Shown: positions 35,574-45,353, counted from the first letter of the stretch. The stretch: DNA of 64,000 bases from Burkholderiales bacterium (GCA_035275265.1 DATENC010000004.1:75843-139842); one strand, 5' to 3'. A program made the numbers and translations. Notes: generated by a model from the letters alone, not told the origin.

Positions 35574-35880
35574 CGCGGTCTCCGTAGGGTGGTTCCAAGA
35601 CCAAACAAGACCAATTGACGAGAAGCACCCCTGTTCGTAGGACAGCGTAGGAGCGGGGGAGTGCGGGGAAAAACTGGTAATAGGTAAAAGACCGAGTGGA
35701 TTCAAGGCACTAGTCGCGGCCGCGCTGCCCCCCCGAGGGTTGTTATACATATGTCTCCTCCTCGTGATTTGGGTTTGCGATCATCGGTCCTTGTCGCACG
35801 ACCGCGAATAGTCATTGCGTGGCCACCAAAGGAAGAATAAACCTGTTGCTGCAAGCGGGACAAAAAAGAACGAAGGCCGG

Positions 35881-36870
35881 ATGCAGAATACGACCGTACC
35901 TTCGTGTTCGCGGCTGAACCTACCCATCGACCGAACAATGCCTCTCATCGATCCCCCGGCTGCCCAGGTGCTCAAGCACCCGGGTGCGTTTGCGCTGCAG
36001 GTCATCAGGGCATTTCGCGCCAACCAGGGTTTGCTTCTAGCCGGCGCGGTGGCGTACTACACACTGCTTTCCATCGTGCCACTGCTGATCCTGGTGGTGA
36101 TCGCGCTGTCGCACGTGATCGACCAGGCTGTGCTGCTTGAGACGTTGAGCCGCGCGCTGGAGTGGGTGGTACCGGGCCAGTCGAATGCGGTAGTACAAGA
36201 GCTCGCGGCCTTTCTTGCACACCGCAGCGTACTCGGGTGGGTGTTGCTGGGGACCATGCTCGTATTCAGTTCGCTCGCTTTCACGGTCCTTGAGAACGCT
36301 ATGTCGGTGATATTCCTGCATCGCGTCGTGGTGCGCAGACGGCATTTCATCGTCTCGGCGCTATTGCCGCTCGGCTATGTCGTGTTTATCGGGCTGGGGC
36401 TTCTGGGAGGGACGGTAGTGCTCGCGGTTTTGTCAGCGGTCGGCGAGGAGAATGTTGTCATTCTCGGACGAGATTGGTCGCTCGGTCTTTTTTCGCGCGT
36501 GACTCTGTTTGTCGGTGGAGTGGCGGCCGAAATCGTCTTCCTCAGCTCACTTTATTTCTTTTTGCCGGTAGGCCGGCTTCCTGTGCGCCACGCGCTGATC
36601 GGCGGTACTACGGCGGCCTTGTTGTGGGAAATTATCCGTCACGGACTGACGTGGTATTTCGGCACGCTTTCGCAAGTGAGCGTGGTGTACGGATCGCTCA
36701 CCACGGCCATCGTGGTGCTGCTCAGTTTGGAGATCGTGGCCACGCTGCTATTGCTGGGTGCGCAGGTGATCGCCGAATATGAGCGTATCGGGATGGCTGA
36801 TGTGGCACCGGCGGCGGCGATGCGCACCGAGGAGGTTGTAAGCGAGTCGGCGAGACGGGTCTTGCGATGA
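35881..36870 (+). CDS. YihY/BrkB family membrane protein
   Basis: LAGAVAYYTLLSIVPLL signature and about 6 TM segments. Confidence 0.8.
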   Translation: MQNTTVPSCSRLNLPIDRTMPLIDPPAAQVLKHPGAFALQVIRAFRANQGLLLAGAVAYYTLLSIVPLLILVVIALSHVIDQAVLLETLSRALEWVVPGQSNAVVQELAAFLAHRSVLGWVLLGTMLVFSSLAFTVLENAMSVIFLHRVVVRRRHFIVSALLPLGYVVFIGLGLLGGTVVLAVLSAVGEENVVILGRDWSLGLFSRVTLFVGGVAAEIVFLSSLYFFLPVGRLPVRHALIGGTTAALLWEIIRHGLTWYFGTLSQVSVVYGSLTTAIVVLLSLEIVATLLLLGAQVIAEYERIGMADVAPAAAMRTEEVVSESARRVLR

Positions 36871-36874
36871 TCCA

Positions 36875-36912
36875 GGAGCGAGGGAAGGGGGAATGGGAAG
36901 GGCGAAAGGGGA
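36875..36912. repeat. short word-repeat locus R19
   Basis: GAGCGAGGGAAGGGGGAATGGGAAGGGCGAAAGGGGAG, just after the yihY-like stop. Confidence 0.6.
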
Positions 36913-36980
36913 GTGCGGAGAACTCCCGTGCCTGAAACAGGTCACGAGAAGATCACCTGAATTTGGCGGAGGATATTGTC

Positions 36981-37163
36981 GTGATTTCTTTGCAAACACC
37001 TGAGCCCCCGAGGCACGATCCAGCCCACGACCGGCCGCCTCCGATGCCGCCGCCTTCAATCGACGACGTTCCACTGATCATTCCACCGCAAGAGGAACCC
37101 CCCATCCTGCCGCCGGACGACGAGCCGGGACCGGTGCACGAGCCGCCAGCACGCAAACACTAG
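36981..37163 (+). CDS. small proline-rich hypothetical protein
   Basis: GTG 7 nt after GGAGGA. 60 aa rich in PPP; PPPSIDDVP resembles the PPPIDRPPP repeats of the 45555-45845 product. Confidence 0.35.
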   Translation: MISLQTPEPPRHDPAHDRPPPMPPPSIDDVPLIIPPQEEPPILPPDDEPGPVHEPPARKH

Positions 37164-37289
37164 GGACGAGGGGAGAGGGGCGAGGGGCGAGAAAGAGGGA
37201 AGAGGGACGAGGGACGAGGAAAGACGGAATGGGGATTGAGGATTTGGGAATGAGCTTTTCACCCCTCGCCCCTCGCCCCTCTTCCCTCA
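37161..37289. repeat. mosaic word-repeat locus R20 between convergent genes (G arm, GATTG words, C arm)
   Basis: AGGGACGAGGGGAGAGGGGCGAGGGGCGAG...GAGGGACGAGGGACGAGG on the left, GGGGATTGAGGATTTGGGAATG in the centre, CACCCCTCGCCCCTCGCCCCTCTTCCCTCAC on the right. The arms are complementary over GAGGGGCGAGGGGCGAG. Confidence 0.9.
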
Positions 37290-38866
37290 CGCCTAACGCG
37301 TTTCGCGCGCAGGCGATCGGGCGAAAGATAGATTTGGCGGTAAACCTCGAACGGCATGGTGTCCGCCGCTTCGATGCGCCGCTGTTCCTGCAGCGATTCT
37401 GTGGCCATGCTTTCGAAGCGGTTCTGCACGCGCGTTGCCAGCGGAAGTTCCAATAGCTCCTTTTTGTATTGCAGCGACCGGCTCAGCGCGAAACGAGGAA
37501 ACGAATTTGCGTAGCTTTGCGCCATCTCCTGCAGGACCCGCGCGGAGGGTGTGATCGACGACATCCCCAACGCGACCGCCGCTGTGGCCAGCGCATCGCC
37601 ATAGGCGCTGCCGCGGTGCGCGGCATCCAGCGCATCGGCGATCGGTACGTACTCGCGCAACAACTCGCCCCCCCAGTCGGCAGGGGACAGCGAATCATTG
37701 CCCCTGGTCAGGCGCACTTCCGGATCACGGCCTTGGCGCGCGACCAGAAGCTGGTTGCGCGCAAGCACGACGATCTCCGCCGGCGTGTCCGCCGGACCAT
37801 CGCTGAGCAGACAGTGCAGCAGGAAAATATCCAGGAACCGGATAGTCGTGGCGGTGATGCCGATCGGACAGAACGGATCCAGGTCCATCAAACGCACTTC
37901 CACGTATTCGACGCCGCGCTCGCGCAAAGCGTGCAGCGGCCGTTCGCCGGGACGGATCGGCCGCTTCGGCCGGATGGTGCCGTAGAACTCGTTCTCGATC
38001 TGCAACAGGGTAGTAGCGAGCTGACGATAGTCGTCGCCATCGCGGACGCCGATCTTTTCGTAATCGGGATAAGGGTGCGTCAGCGCGTCGGATAGCGAGT
38101 GCGCATAGGTATCCAGGTCGTTGTAGCTTACCGCCAGCGAGCCCTGCGCCGCGCTTTGGTAGCCGAGCGGACTCATGCGCAGCGATGTCGCCCACGGCAG
38201 ATACATGGTGCCCGGAACCAAGTGCTGCAGGCCGTGATCGCGGCCCGCAACGAAGCTGTTGCACACCGCCGGGGAGGCGCCGAACAGATACAGCAACAGC
38301 CAGGAGTGCCGGCGGAAGTTGCGGATCAGGGAAAAGTACGCGGCGTCCTGGAAACTCTGCACCGGGCCTGAAATGCCAGCGGCTTGCTGGAGGAGCGGCC
38401 AGGCCCGCTCCGGCATCGAGAAGTTGTAGTGGATCCCGGAAATGGTCTGCATCCGGGAGCCGTAGCGGTGCGACAGGCCGCTGCGATACACGGTCTTGGC
38501 CCGGCCGACGTTGGAGTTCCCAAAGCGGCCGAGCGGGATGTCCTTATCCGCGGGCAGGGTGCAGGGCATGCTGGCACACCAGAGCGTCTCGTCGCCGACA
38601 TGCCGATGGACAAACTGGTGTATCTGCTTCAACTCCTCGAGACAGCTTTCGACGTCCGCATGGACGCCGGTTATCAGCTCGAGCTGCGACTCGCTGAAGT
38701 CCGTGGTGATATGCGGATGGGTTAGCGGCGAGCCGAGTGCCCTCGGATGCGGGGTGCTGGCCAGCGTTCCATCCGGCCTGACGCGCAGGCTTTCTTTCTC
38801 AATGCCGCGCCGCAGGCCCCTGAGCACGTCGGGCGTGAGTGTATGGAGTCGGTTTCGTAGCGACAA
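37259..38866 (-). CDS. gshA: glutamate--cysteine ligase (E. coli type)
   Basis: N-terminal RGIEKESLRV and TDFSESQLELIT motifs with GshA length. The C-terminal RREGRGARGEG tail and the TGA stop are encoded by repeat R20. Confidence 0.9.
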   Translation of the reverse strand: MSLRNRLHTLTPDVLRGLRRGIEKESLRVRPDGTLASTPHPRALGSPLTHPHITTDFSESQLELITGVHADVESCLEELKQIHQFVHRHVGDETLWCASMPCTLPADKDIPLGRFGNSNVGRAKTVYRSGLSHRYGSRMQTISGIHYNFSMPERAWPLLQQAAGISGPVQSFQDAAYFSLIRNFRRHSWLLLYLFGASPAVCNSFVAGRDHGLQHLVPGTMYLPWATSLRMSPLGYQSAAQGSLAVSYNDLDTYAHSLSDALTHPYPDYEKIGVRDGDDYRQLATTLLQIENEFYGTIRPKRPIRPGERPLHALRERGVEYVEVRLMDLDPFCPIGITATTIRFLDIFLLHCLLSDGPADTPAEIVVLARNQLLVARQGRDPEVRLTRGNDSLSPADWGGELLREYVPIADALDAAHRGSAYGDALATAAVALGMSSITPSARVLQEMAQSYANSFPRFALSRSLQYKKELLELPLATRVQNRFESMATESLQEQRRIEAADTMPFEVYRQIYLSPDRLRAKRVRREGRGARGEG

Positions 38867-38908
38867 ACGGGTTCTCCGAATAGGTCTGTGGCAGAATTTC
38901 GCAAGGAT

Positions 38909-39020
38909 AAATGATTCGGTGATTGAATGATCGGGCGATTGGCGATCAGGCGGTTTGGAGATCAGGTAATTGAAAAACCACTTTCAATTGCTCAATCCCT
39001 CAATAACTCAATCGCCCACT
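38909..39020. repeat. GATTG-word imperfect palindrome (R21) in the gshA/helicase divergent region
   Basis: Central hairpin AATTGAAA/TTTCAATT (38968-38989). The outer GGGCGATTG (near 38933) pairs with CAATCGCCC (near 39010). Same word family as 172-302. Confidence 0.8.
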
Positions 39021-39077
39021 CGATGGCGGCATCCCATGGGACTGGATGGATGACCAGTAATCCCCTATAGTGGTGAC

Positions 39078-41213
39078 GTGCCGACCGCAACAGCCTTCGC
39101 ACGACTCAATTCCGCGCAGCGTGCGGCGGCGCGCTTTGGCGCTCGCGACCAGAGTGGCGGATTCCGCGCGGGGCCATTGCTCATCATCGCAGGGGCAGGC
39201 ACCGGCAAGACCAACACGCTGGCGCACCGGGTTGCGCACCTGATTCTGGAGGGGGTGAGCCCGGAACGCATCCTGCTGCTCACTTTCACACGGCGCGCGG
39301 CGCAGGAGATGACGCGGCGGGCGCAACGGATCGTGGCTACGGTGCTGGCAGAGACGGCCGGCAAAGGGGGCACGGGTGCCGAGATCGCAGTGAAGCTACC
39401 CTGGTCGGGAACCTTTCACTCCATCGCCAACCGGCTGATCCGGTGCCATGCGGCCCGTGTTGGACTCGATGCGAACTTCAGCGTACTGGATCGTGGCGAT
39501 GCGGCCGACCTGATGGACGTGGTGCGCCATGAATTGGGCCTGTCAAGGACCGAGAAGCGCTTTCCGCGCAAGGACACCTGCCTCGCCATCTATTCACACC
39601 GGGTCAATACCCAGGGGCTGCTCGCCGAAACGCTGGCCACGGTATTTCCGTGGTGTGCGGACTGGGAGAAAGAACTCACCGGACTGTATCGCGCCTATGT
39701 GGAGCGCAAGCTCGCCAACCAGGCGCTCGATTACGACGATCTGCTGCTGTACTGGCACACGATGGCTTCCGACCCATCGCTCGCCGAAGAGATGGCCGCG
39801 CAGTTCGACCATATCCTGGTGGATGAGTACCAGGATACGAATGCACTTCAGGCAGAAATCCTCAAGGCGCTGCGACCCACCGGCGCGGACGTGACCGTGG
39901 TGGGCGACGACGCACAATCGATCTACTCGTTTCGCGCTGCCACGGTCGAGAACATTCTGGACTTTCCGGGCCAGTACACGCCGCCGGCAACCGTAGTGAC
40001 CCTGGAAGAAAACTTTCGCTCTACGCAAGGTGTGCTGGATGCGGCGAACGCGCTGACCGCCGAAGGCAGCCGCCAATACCGCAAAGTGCTGCGCGGCGTG
40101 CGCGGGGCCGGAGAGCGGCCACACTACGTAACGGTGTCGGACGATCAGGCGCAGGCGGACTACGTTGTGGCTCGGGTGTTGCAGACGCGCGAGCGGGGGG
40201 TGGCTCTCAAACGCCAGGCGGTGCTGTTCCGCAGCTCGCACCACAGCGACGTGCTTGAACTCGAGCTGGTCCGGCGCAACATCCCTTATGTGAAATACGG
40301 TGGGCTGAAATTCCTCGAAGCCGCTCACGTCAAGGACATGCTGGCAGTGCTGCGCTGGGCGGACAATCCGAAGAACCGTGTCAGCGCCTTTCGCGCCCTG
40401 CAACTGTTGCCGGGCATGGGGCCGGCGAACGCGGCGCGACTCTTCACGCACTTCGAAGCCGCTGGCCACGACTGGCGTGCGCTCGCGGCCTTCAATGCTC
40501 CGCCGCTCGCGGCCGAGGGATGGCCACCCTTCGCGGAACTCATGGCAACGCTGGGAGCGCCCGAAGGGCCATGGCAGGGGCAGGTCGGTCGCGTGCGCGA
40601 ATGGTACGAGCCGCACCTGGAGCGTCTCTACGAAGCGGCACAGGTGCGCGCGGGTGACCTGCTGCAGCTCGAACGCATTGCGCCGCAATTCCCGACCAGG
40701 GAGCAATTCCTGAGCGACCTCGCGCTCGACCCGCCGCAGGCGAGTAGCGACTTGGCCGGCGCGCCGTTGCTGGACGAGGACTACCTGGTGCTCTCAACCA
40801 TCCATTCGGCCAAGGGCCAGGAGTGGGACGCTGTGCACGTGCTCAATGTGGCGGACGGCAATTTCCCGTCGGAATTCACCACCGGCGACGCCGGGCAGAT
40901 CGAGGAAGAACGTCGTCTGTTGTACGTGGCGATGACTCGGGCGAAGACCGACCTTCACGTCATTGCGCCGCTGCGCTATTACATTTCTCAGCAGCCGCGA
41001 CGGGGAGATGCGCATGTGTACGGCGCGAAGAGCCGCTTCATGACCCGCGCAGTGCTCGCGCAGTTCCAGGAGGATACCTGGCCCCAGCCCGAGGCGGGCG
41101 TCACGCCATCTCGCGCCGCGCCCCCGGTGGATGTTGCCGGGAGACTGCGCGGGATGTGGGTTAACGGCGGTGAAGGGGGAAGGGTGAAGAGTGAAGGGGA
41201 AATGAGTGAGTGA
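39078..41213 (+). CDS. UvrD/Rep/PcrA family ATP-dependent DNA helicase
   Basis: GTG start. AGAGTGKT Walker A, LLLTFTRRAAQEM, DEYQDTN, and C-terminal helicase motifs (SIHSAKGQEW, YVAMTRA). The tail is encoded by R22. Confidence 0.9.
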   Translation: MPTATAFARLNSAQRAAARFGARDQSGGFRAGPLLIIAGAGTGKTNTLAHRVAHLILEGVSPERILLLTFTRRAAQEMTRRAQRIVATVLAETAGKGGTGAEIAVKLPWSGTFHSIANRLIRCHAARVGLDANFSVLDRGDAADLMDVVRHELGLSRTEKRFPRKDTCLAIYSHRVNTQGLLAETLATVFPWCADWEKELTGLYRAYVERKLANQALDYDDLLLYWHTMASDPSLAEEMAAQFDHILVDEYQDTNALQAEILKALRPTGADVTVVGDDAQSIYSFRAATVENILDFPGQYTPPATVVTLEENFRSTQGVLDAANALTAEGSRQYRKVLRGVRGAGERPHYVTVSDDQAQADYVVARVLQTRERGVALKRQAVLFRSSHHSDVLELELVRRNIPYVKYGGLKFLEAAHVKDMLAVLRWADNPKNRVSAFRALQLLPGMGPANAARLFTHFEAAGHDWRALAAFNAPPLAAEGWPPFAELMATLGAPEGPWQGQVGRVREWYEPHLERLYEAAQVRAGDLLQLERIAPQFPTREQFLSDLALDPPQASSDLAGAPLLDEDYLVLSTIHSAKGQEWDAVHVLNVADGNFPSEFTTGDAGQIEEERRLLYVAMTRAKTDLHVIAPLRYYISQQPRRGDAHVYGAKSRFMTRAVLAQFQEDTWPQPEAGVTPSRAAPPVDVAGRLRGMWVNGGEGGRVKSEGEMSE

Positions 41214-41214
41214 C
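41164..41214. repeat. word-repeat locus R22 (GTGAAGGG words) inside the helicase 3' end and trxC start
   Basis: ACGGCGGTGAAGGGGGAAGGGTGAAGAGTGAAGGGGAAATGAGTGAGTGACC. Confidence 0.75.
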
Positions 41215-41640
41215 CGTATTCACATTGTCTGCCCGCATTGCACGGCCACGAACCGTGTTACGCCGGAGCGGGTCGGCGACAAACCGAAGTGCGGTAAATG
41301 CCATAAACCCCTCTTCGATGGCCACCCCATCGAATTGGACGAAGCCGGCTTCGAACGCCATATCTCTAGCAATGATGTTCCGGTGGTGGTGGATTTCTGG
41401 GCGCCCTGGTGCGGGCCATGCCTGGTGATGGCGCCTGAATACGAGAAGGCGGCAGCGATGTTGGAACCGAATGCGCGCTTCGCCAAGGTCAACACCGAAG
41501 AAGCGCAAGGTCTTGCGCAGCGTTTCAGTATTCGCAGCATTCCGACCATGGCCCTGTTTCGCGGCGGCCGTGAGATAGCGCGTCAATCTGGCGCGATGGG
41601 TGCAGCGGCGATCGCCGACTGGGTGCGTGCCAACGCCTGA
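41206..41640 (+). CDS. trxC: thioredoxin 2 (zinc-finger N-terminal extension)
   Basis: CPHC..x..CGKC zinc motif followed by the WAPWCGPC active site. The GTG start overlaps the helicase stop. Confidence 0.9.
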   Translation: MSDRIHIVCPHCTATNRVTPERVGDKPKCGKCHKPLFDGHPIELDEAGFERHISSNDVPVVVDFWAPWCGPCLVMAPEYEKAAAMLEPNARFAKVNTEEAQGLAQRFSIRSIPTMALFRGGREIARQSGAMGAAAIADWVRANA

Positions 41641-41746
41641 ATCCGCCGCCACCGGCCATGGTTCTCGGCCTACTCTCCAGGACTCGCACATCGAAGGCGG
41701 CGGCCAGAGACGAAACGGTCCATCCGCTGGCCTCGCCGAAGATGGC

Positions 41747-42349
41747 TTATGACTTGCCGTAGCGCCTTTTCGCTTTGTCTACGCAAACGTCCTTACTGTT
41801 ACCTGCAAGGGCGTCGCACTTTTCGATTGCCACCGCGTAGTCGGCGTCACGCTTGTCAACCGCTGCATCCTGATGCGCTGCGTTGATTTCCTTGTTTGCT
41901 TCCCCGCGCGCTTTTGCGGCGTCCTTTTTCGCATCCGCGGTCTTCATTGACGCCTTGGCATCCGCCTTGGCGGCCGTCAGGTCGGCCTTGGCCTTTTTCA
42001 CGCAAACGTCCTTCTTGTTGCCGGCCAGGTCGTCGCACTTTTCATTGGCCACCGAGTAGGTCGCCTCTGCCTTTGCAATGCGTACGTTGTAGGTGGCTTT
42101 GCTGCTGGGTTGATACGCGGCCTCCAGTTCGGCCAGCGCAACGTTCTCCGTGCCCTTGGCCTCAGCCATGCAGATATCGTTCTCATTTGCTGTAAAACGG
42201 TCGCAACCAGCTTTGGCGGACTTGTATTCTGCTTCGATTTTTTCTTTGGCGGCCTTGTGTTCTGCCTTCGACATGGTGTTGGCCATCGCGGCGGCGCTGA
42301 ACGACAGGCTGATTGCGGTTGCGATAGCGGTAATGGTCGATTTTTTCAT
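41747..42349 (-). CDS. secreted protein with three Cys-pair repeats (Y..A..KCD.L.GN.KD.C...AK)
   Basis: Signal peptide MKKSTITAIATAISLSFSAAAMA. Three copies of a C-x10-C motif in a Lys/Ala-rich helical context. Confidence 0.7.
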   Translation of the reverse strand: MKKSTITAIATAISLSFSAAAMANTMSKAEHKAAKEKIEAEYKSAKAGCDRFTANENDICMAEAKGTENVALAELEAAYQPSSKATYNVRIAKAEATYSVANEKCDDLAGNKKDVCVKKAKADLTAAKADAKASMKTADAKKDAAKARGEANKEINAAHQDAAVDKRDADYAVAIEKCDALAGNSKDVCVDKAKRRYGKS

Positions 42350-42412
42350 GGTGGTTCCTTCACATTGATAGTGGGTATTGCCGGGCGCGAAGATGCAGCG
42401 GTCGCGGCTGCG

Positions 42413-42631
42413 CTACTTGGGGCGATTCACTTCGTCCTGACGGTTCTGCCAGTCCGAGATCTGTTTCTCCGCTGCTTCCTTGCTGATTCCGTACGTTTCC
42501 TGGATTTTCCCCGCCAGCTTGTCGCGCTTGCCGGCGATTACGTCGAATTGATCATCGGTCAGCTTGCCCCATTGTTGCCTCGCGTTGCCCTTGAATTGTT
42601 TCCAGTTGCCTTCGATGCGATCCCAGTTCAT
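42413..42631 (-). CDS. CsbD family stress protein
   Basis: MNWDRIEGNWKQFKG...WGKLTDD...GKIQE.YG is the typical CsbD pattern. Confidence 0.85.
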   Translation of the reverse strand: MNWDRIEGNWKQFKGNARQQWGKLTDDQFDVIAGKRDKLAGKIQETYGISKEAAEKQISDWQNRQDEVNRPK

Positions 42632-42962
42632 GGTCTTGTTCTCCCGCGTTGGTTGAATATCGATGCCGGCAAAAACCGGCTATTGCGGATCTCCGTGCGC
42701 CTTCATTGCGCTTGGTAAACGGTGAGGAGCGACCTGGAGGACGATCGCTCTAATAATCGAAGGTTATAGTCATTTGTTTTTTTCGTCCGTGTGCCAGCGC
42801 ACAGACCTTGGGACTCCGCGGGGCGATGTTCGCGATCTCCCCCGCGGCCCTAGATCAGCCTAGTTGCGGAACGTGCCGCCATATCGACGTGCGGGGATAG
42901 CCAGCACTTCATGGCGCCCGAAACGCCTGGTGCGAGTCAAGAAAAGAAATCCGCGCCGGTTC

Positions 42963-43547
42963 TCAAAGCAACTTTCTCCGGATGTACGGTACGGACGCTG
43001 CCGCTGCGATGACGATTGCGAGGCCAATGGCGCCAGCGGTGACCGGTCGATCGCGTGCCATGCTCTGGACGCCACTGCTTGCGCGGCTCAATTGTTTGCG
43101 TGCTTTGCCGGCGATCTCGCTGGCGCGGTCCATTCCGCTGTAGGTCGCACCGGATAATTTTCCCCGCGCTGTGCCTGCACTGTCGGACAGCGCTTGCTTC
43201 GTTTCGAGCAATTTCTCCTTGGCAGCTTCCAGGACTTGCAGGACACGTCCTGCCGATTTTCCTTCCGCAGGCAATTGTGGTGGCGAACGCCGCCGCCCCG
43301 CGAGGAACAATCCGGCGAGACTGGAGCCGGCGAGTGCCATCGGTATCGGATATCGCTGCGCCAAGCTCGCCAATCCGACGATATATCTGCTTGCGTCGAT
43401 GCCGCTAACGGAATCGATTCCATCCCGGATCAATTCACGCGGCGTCAGGCGATGCTCGATTTCATCCAGGGTTGCATCCATCCTCTCCCGGACACGATCG
43501 AGTTCGGCTTCGATTTCTTCGGGCTTTCTCACGTGGTCGATGCTCAT
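42963..43547 (-). CDS. DUF3618 domain protein
   Basis: N-terminal PEEIEAELDRVRERMDATLDEIEHRLTP pattern and a C-terminal TM anchor. Confidence 0.7.
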   Translation of the reverse strand: MSIDHVRKPEEIEAELDRVRERMDATLDEIEHRLTPRELIRDGIDSVSGIDASRYIVGLASLAQRYPIPMALAGSSLAGLFLAGRRRSPPQLPAEGKSAGRVLQVLEAAKEKLLETKQALSDSAGTARGKLSGATYSGMDRASEIAGKARKQLSRASSGVQSMARDRPVTAGAIGLAIVIAAAASVPYIRRKLL

Positions 43548-43966
43548 TTGATGTGCTCCTTCACGACTTCCGCGTCGCGGCGAACGGACCGGGCGATGCG
43601 AGATGGTTTCAGACTCTCAGTCTTGAGCTTATCGCGACCCGATCCCAACAGAAGCCAACCCACAAAAAGCACGATGGCGCCGACGATTAGCGGTGCAAGC
43701 CAGGGAGCCTGTTGCTCGGGCAATACTTGCGCGAGACCCGCGACAATGGCGAACAACACCAGCAGAAAGCCTGCGAACAGGACCGCGCCACCCGCGGCAA
43801 GCGAGGCCATGCCCGTGCCTATTGCTGAAACCTTTTCCGAGATCTCAGCCTTGGCGAGTTCAGCCTCGTTCCGAATCAATGTCGCGGACTCGCGCCACAG
43901 ATCGGAGAATAGCCGGACCAGCGGGCGCCTCTGGTAACTCGTGTCCATCGAATCCAATGCGTCCAT
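43544..43966 (-). CDS. YqjE-like (DUF1469, holin-X family) membrane protein
   Basis: N-terminal amphipathic segment (LIRNEAELAKAE) followed by two TM helices. ATGA overlap with the DUF3618 gene. Confidence 0.65.
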   Translation of the reverse strand: MDALDSMDTSYQRRPLVRLFSDLWRESATLIRNEAELAKAEISEKVSAIGTGMASLAAGGAVLFAGFLLVLFAIVAGLAQVLPEQQAPWLAPLIVGAIVLFVGWLLLGSGRDKLKTESLKPSRIARSVRRDAEVVKEHIK

Positions 43967-44366
43967 AGCACACTCCTTCCTTCGCAATTAGCGGGCAAAT
44001 CGATTGCCCGGGTGGCTCAGTCAAGGCCGCTTGATTTCCTGCGACCGCAAAACCAGATTGCACAGACGCCCGTTCCGGCTCGGAGCAGGATTGTGCAAGG
44101 GGCATGAAAGCTCAGATTGCGGAACACCGAACTGGTTCAGACCATGTCCGGCCGGGCGCAAAACAGTTAGGGCCAAAATCCTACAGCGGCAGGCGGTCTG
44201 TCGATATGGGCTGTTCGCCGCATAGGGTCAATGAACTCAGACGCAAAGGGTTGTCCAATAAAATCCGGCAAATTTTTCAAACCATCGCATGAGCAGAGGC
44301 TGGCCGGAGCGCCCGTGAGTCGTCAGATACTTCAGCGCAACGCAAGAATTGGAATGATTGCCGGAT

Positions 44367-45302
44367 ATGGAAACAAAGAAAACACAGCATTCCGCAAGAA
44401 AAAGGACCAGGCCTCGCCACAACGGTGTCGACGTAAAGGAGCCGCGGCCCCCGTTTCCCAAACAGCACCAGGAGAGTCCGGGCCTGGAGTCCAAACTCAA
44501 ACCGGCGCCGCGCTATGAGGCCGAAGAATACAGGGCGGCCAGAAAGCTGCAGGGGAAGGTTGCGTTGATCACCGGTGGAGATTCCGGGATCGGACGCGCC
44601 GTGGCGGTGTTGTTCGCGCGCGAGGGTGCGGCGATTGCGATCAACTATCTTGCAGAGGAACAGTCCGACGCGGAGATGACGCAGGCGGCCGTCGAGGCCC
44701 GCGGTGGAGAATGTCTGCTGATTCCCGGGGATCTCGCGGTGCGGGGATTCTGCCGCCGCCTGGCGGAAAAAACCGTACGTCAATTCGGGCGCATCGATAT
44801 CCTGGTTTCCAACGCAGCCCACCAGCGCCGCAAGGACGACCTCGGTGAGTTGACCGACGAGGAACTCGAATACACGTTCAACACCAATATCCTTGCGTAT
44901 ATTCGCCTTGCGCGGGCTTGCCTTCCTCATATGACGGCGGGCGGCGTGATCATTGCGACGAGCTCGAAAACCGGAATACTGGGATCAGAAAAACTTCCGG
45001 ACTACTCGGCCACCAAGGGGGCGATCAACGCGTTCACCAAAGCACTTGCACAATCGCTCATTTCCCGTGGGATCCGTGTCAACGCGGTCGCACCGGGTCC
45101 CGTATGGACTCCTCTCAACCCGTCCGACGGCGGACTGTCAGCCGAAGAAGTCGCAAAATTCGGGGAGAAGAATCCGATGGGACGGCCGGCGCAACCCGAG
45201 GAACTTGCTCCCGCTTATGTCTTCCTCGCGTCGAACGCCGATTCTTCCTACATCACGGGAACGATACTGCAGGTGATGGGAGGAGAGACGAGCGGCGGTT
45301 AG
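44367..45302 (+). CDS. SDR family oxidoreductase (YdaD/YghA general-stress type)
   Basis: N-terminal extension, then GKVALITGGDSGIGRA, NNAA-like NAAHQ, and YSATKGA. Start is ATG 44367 or TTG 44358. Confidence 0.85.
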   Translation: METKKTQHSARKRTRPRHNGVDVKEPRPPFPKQHQESPGLESKLKPAPRYEAEEYRAARKLQGKVALITGGDSGIGRAVAVLFAREGAAIAINYLAEEQSDAEMTQAAVEARGGECLLIPGDLAVRGFCRRLAEKTVRQFGRIDILVSNAAHQRRKDDLGELTDEELEYTFNTNILAYIRLARACLPHMTAGGVIIATSSKTGILGSEKLPDYSATKGAINAFTKALAQSLISRGIRVNAVAPGPVWTPLNPSDGGLSAEEVAKFGEKNPMGRPAQPEELAPAYVFLASNADSSYITGTILQVMGGETSGG

Positions 45303-45353
45303 AACTCACGTCGCTTCGATAAATTGAACTCCAACACAGCTAGGATTCCGATC

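Noticed and set aside
39594-40706. 370-aa minus-strand ORF inside the helicase gene
   Set aside because: It is antisense to a gene carrying a full set of UvrD helicase motifs. This is a GC-driven shadow ORF.
42826-42856. 8-bp GC hairpin (CCGCGGGG...CCCCGCGG) downstream of the DUF3618 gene as a terminator
   Set aside because: There is no U-run on the relevant (minus) strand and the loop is long. I did not call it as a terminator.
43544-43966. Phage lysis cassette implied by the 'holin family' similarity
   Set aside because: The gene is ATGA-coupled to a DUF3618 gene and sits beside CsbD, as in yqjD/yqjE-type stress operons. No endolysin, spanin or other phage genes are present.
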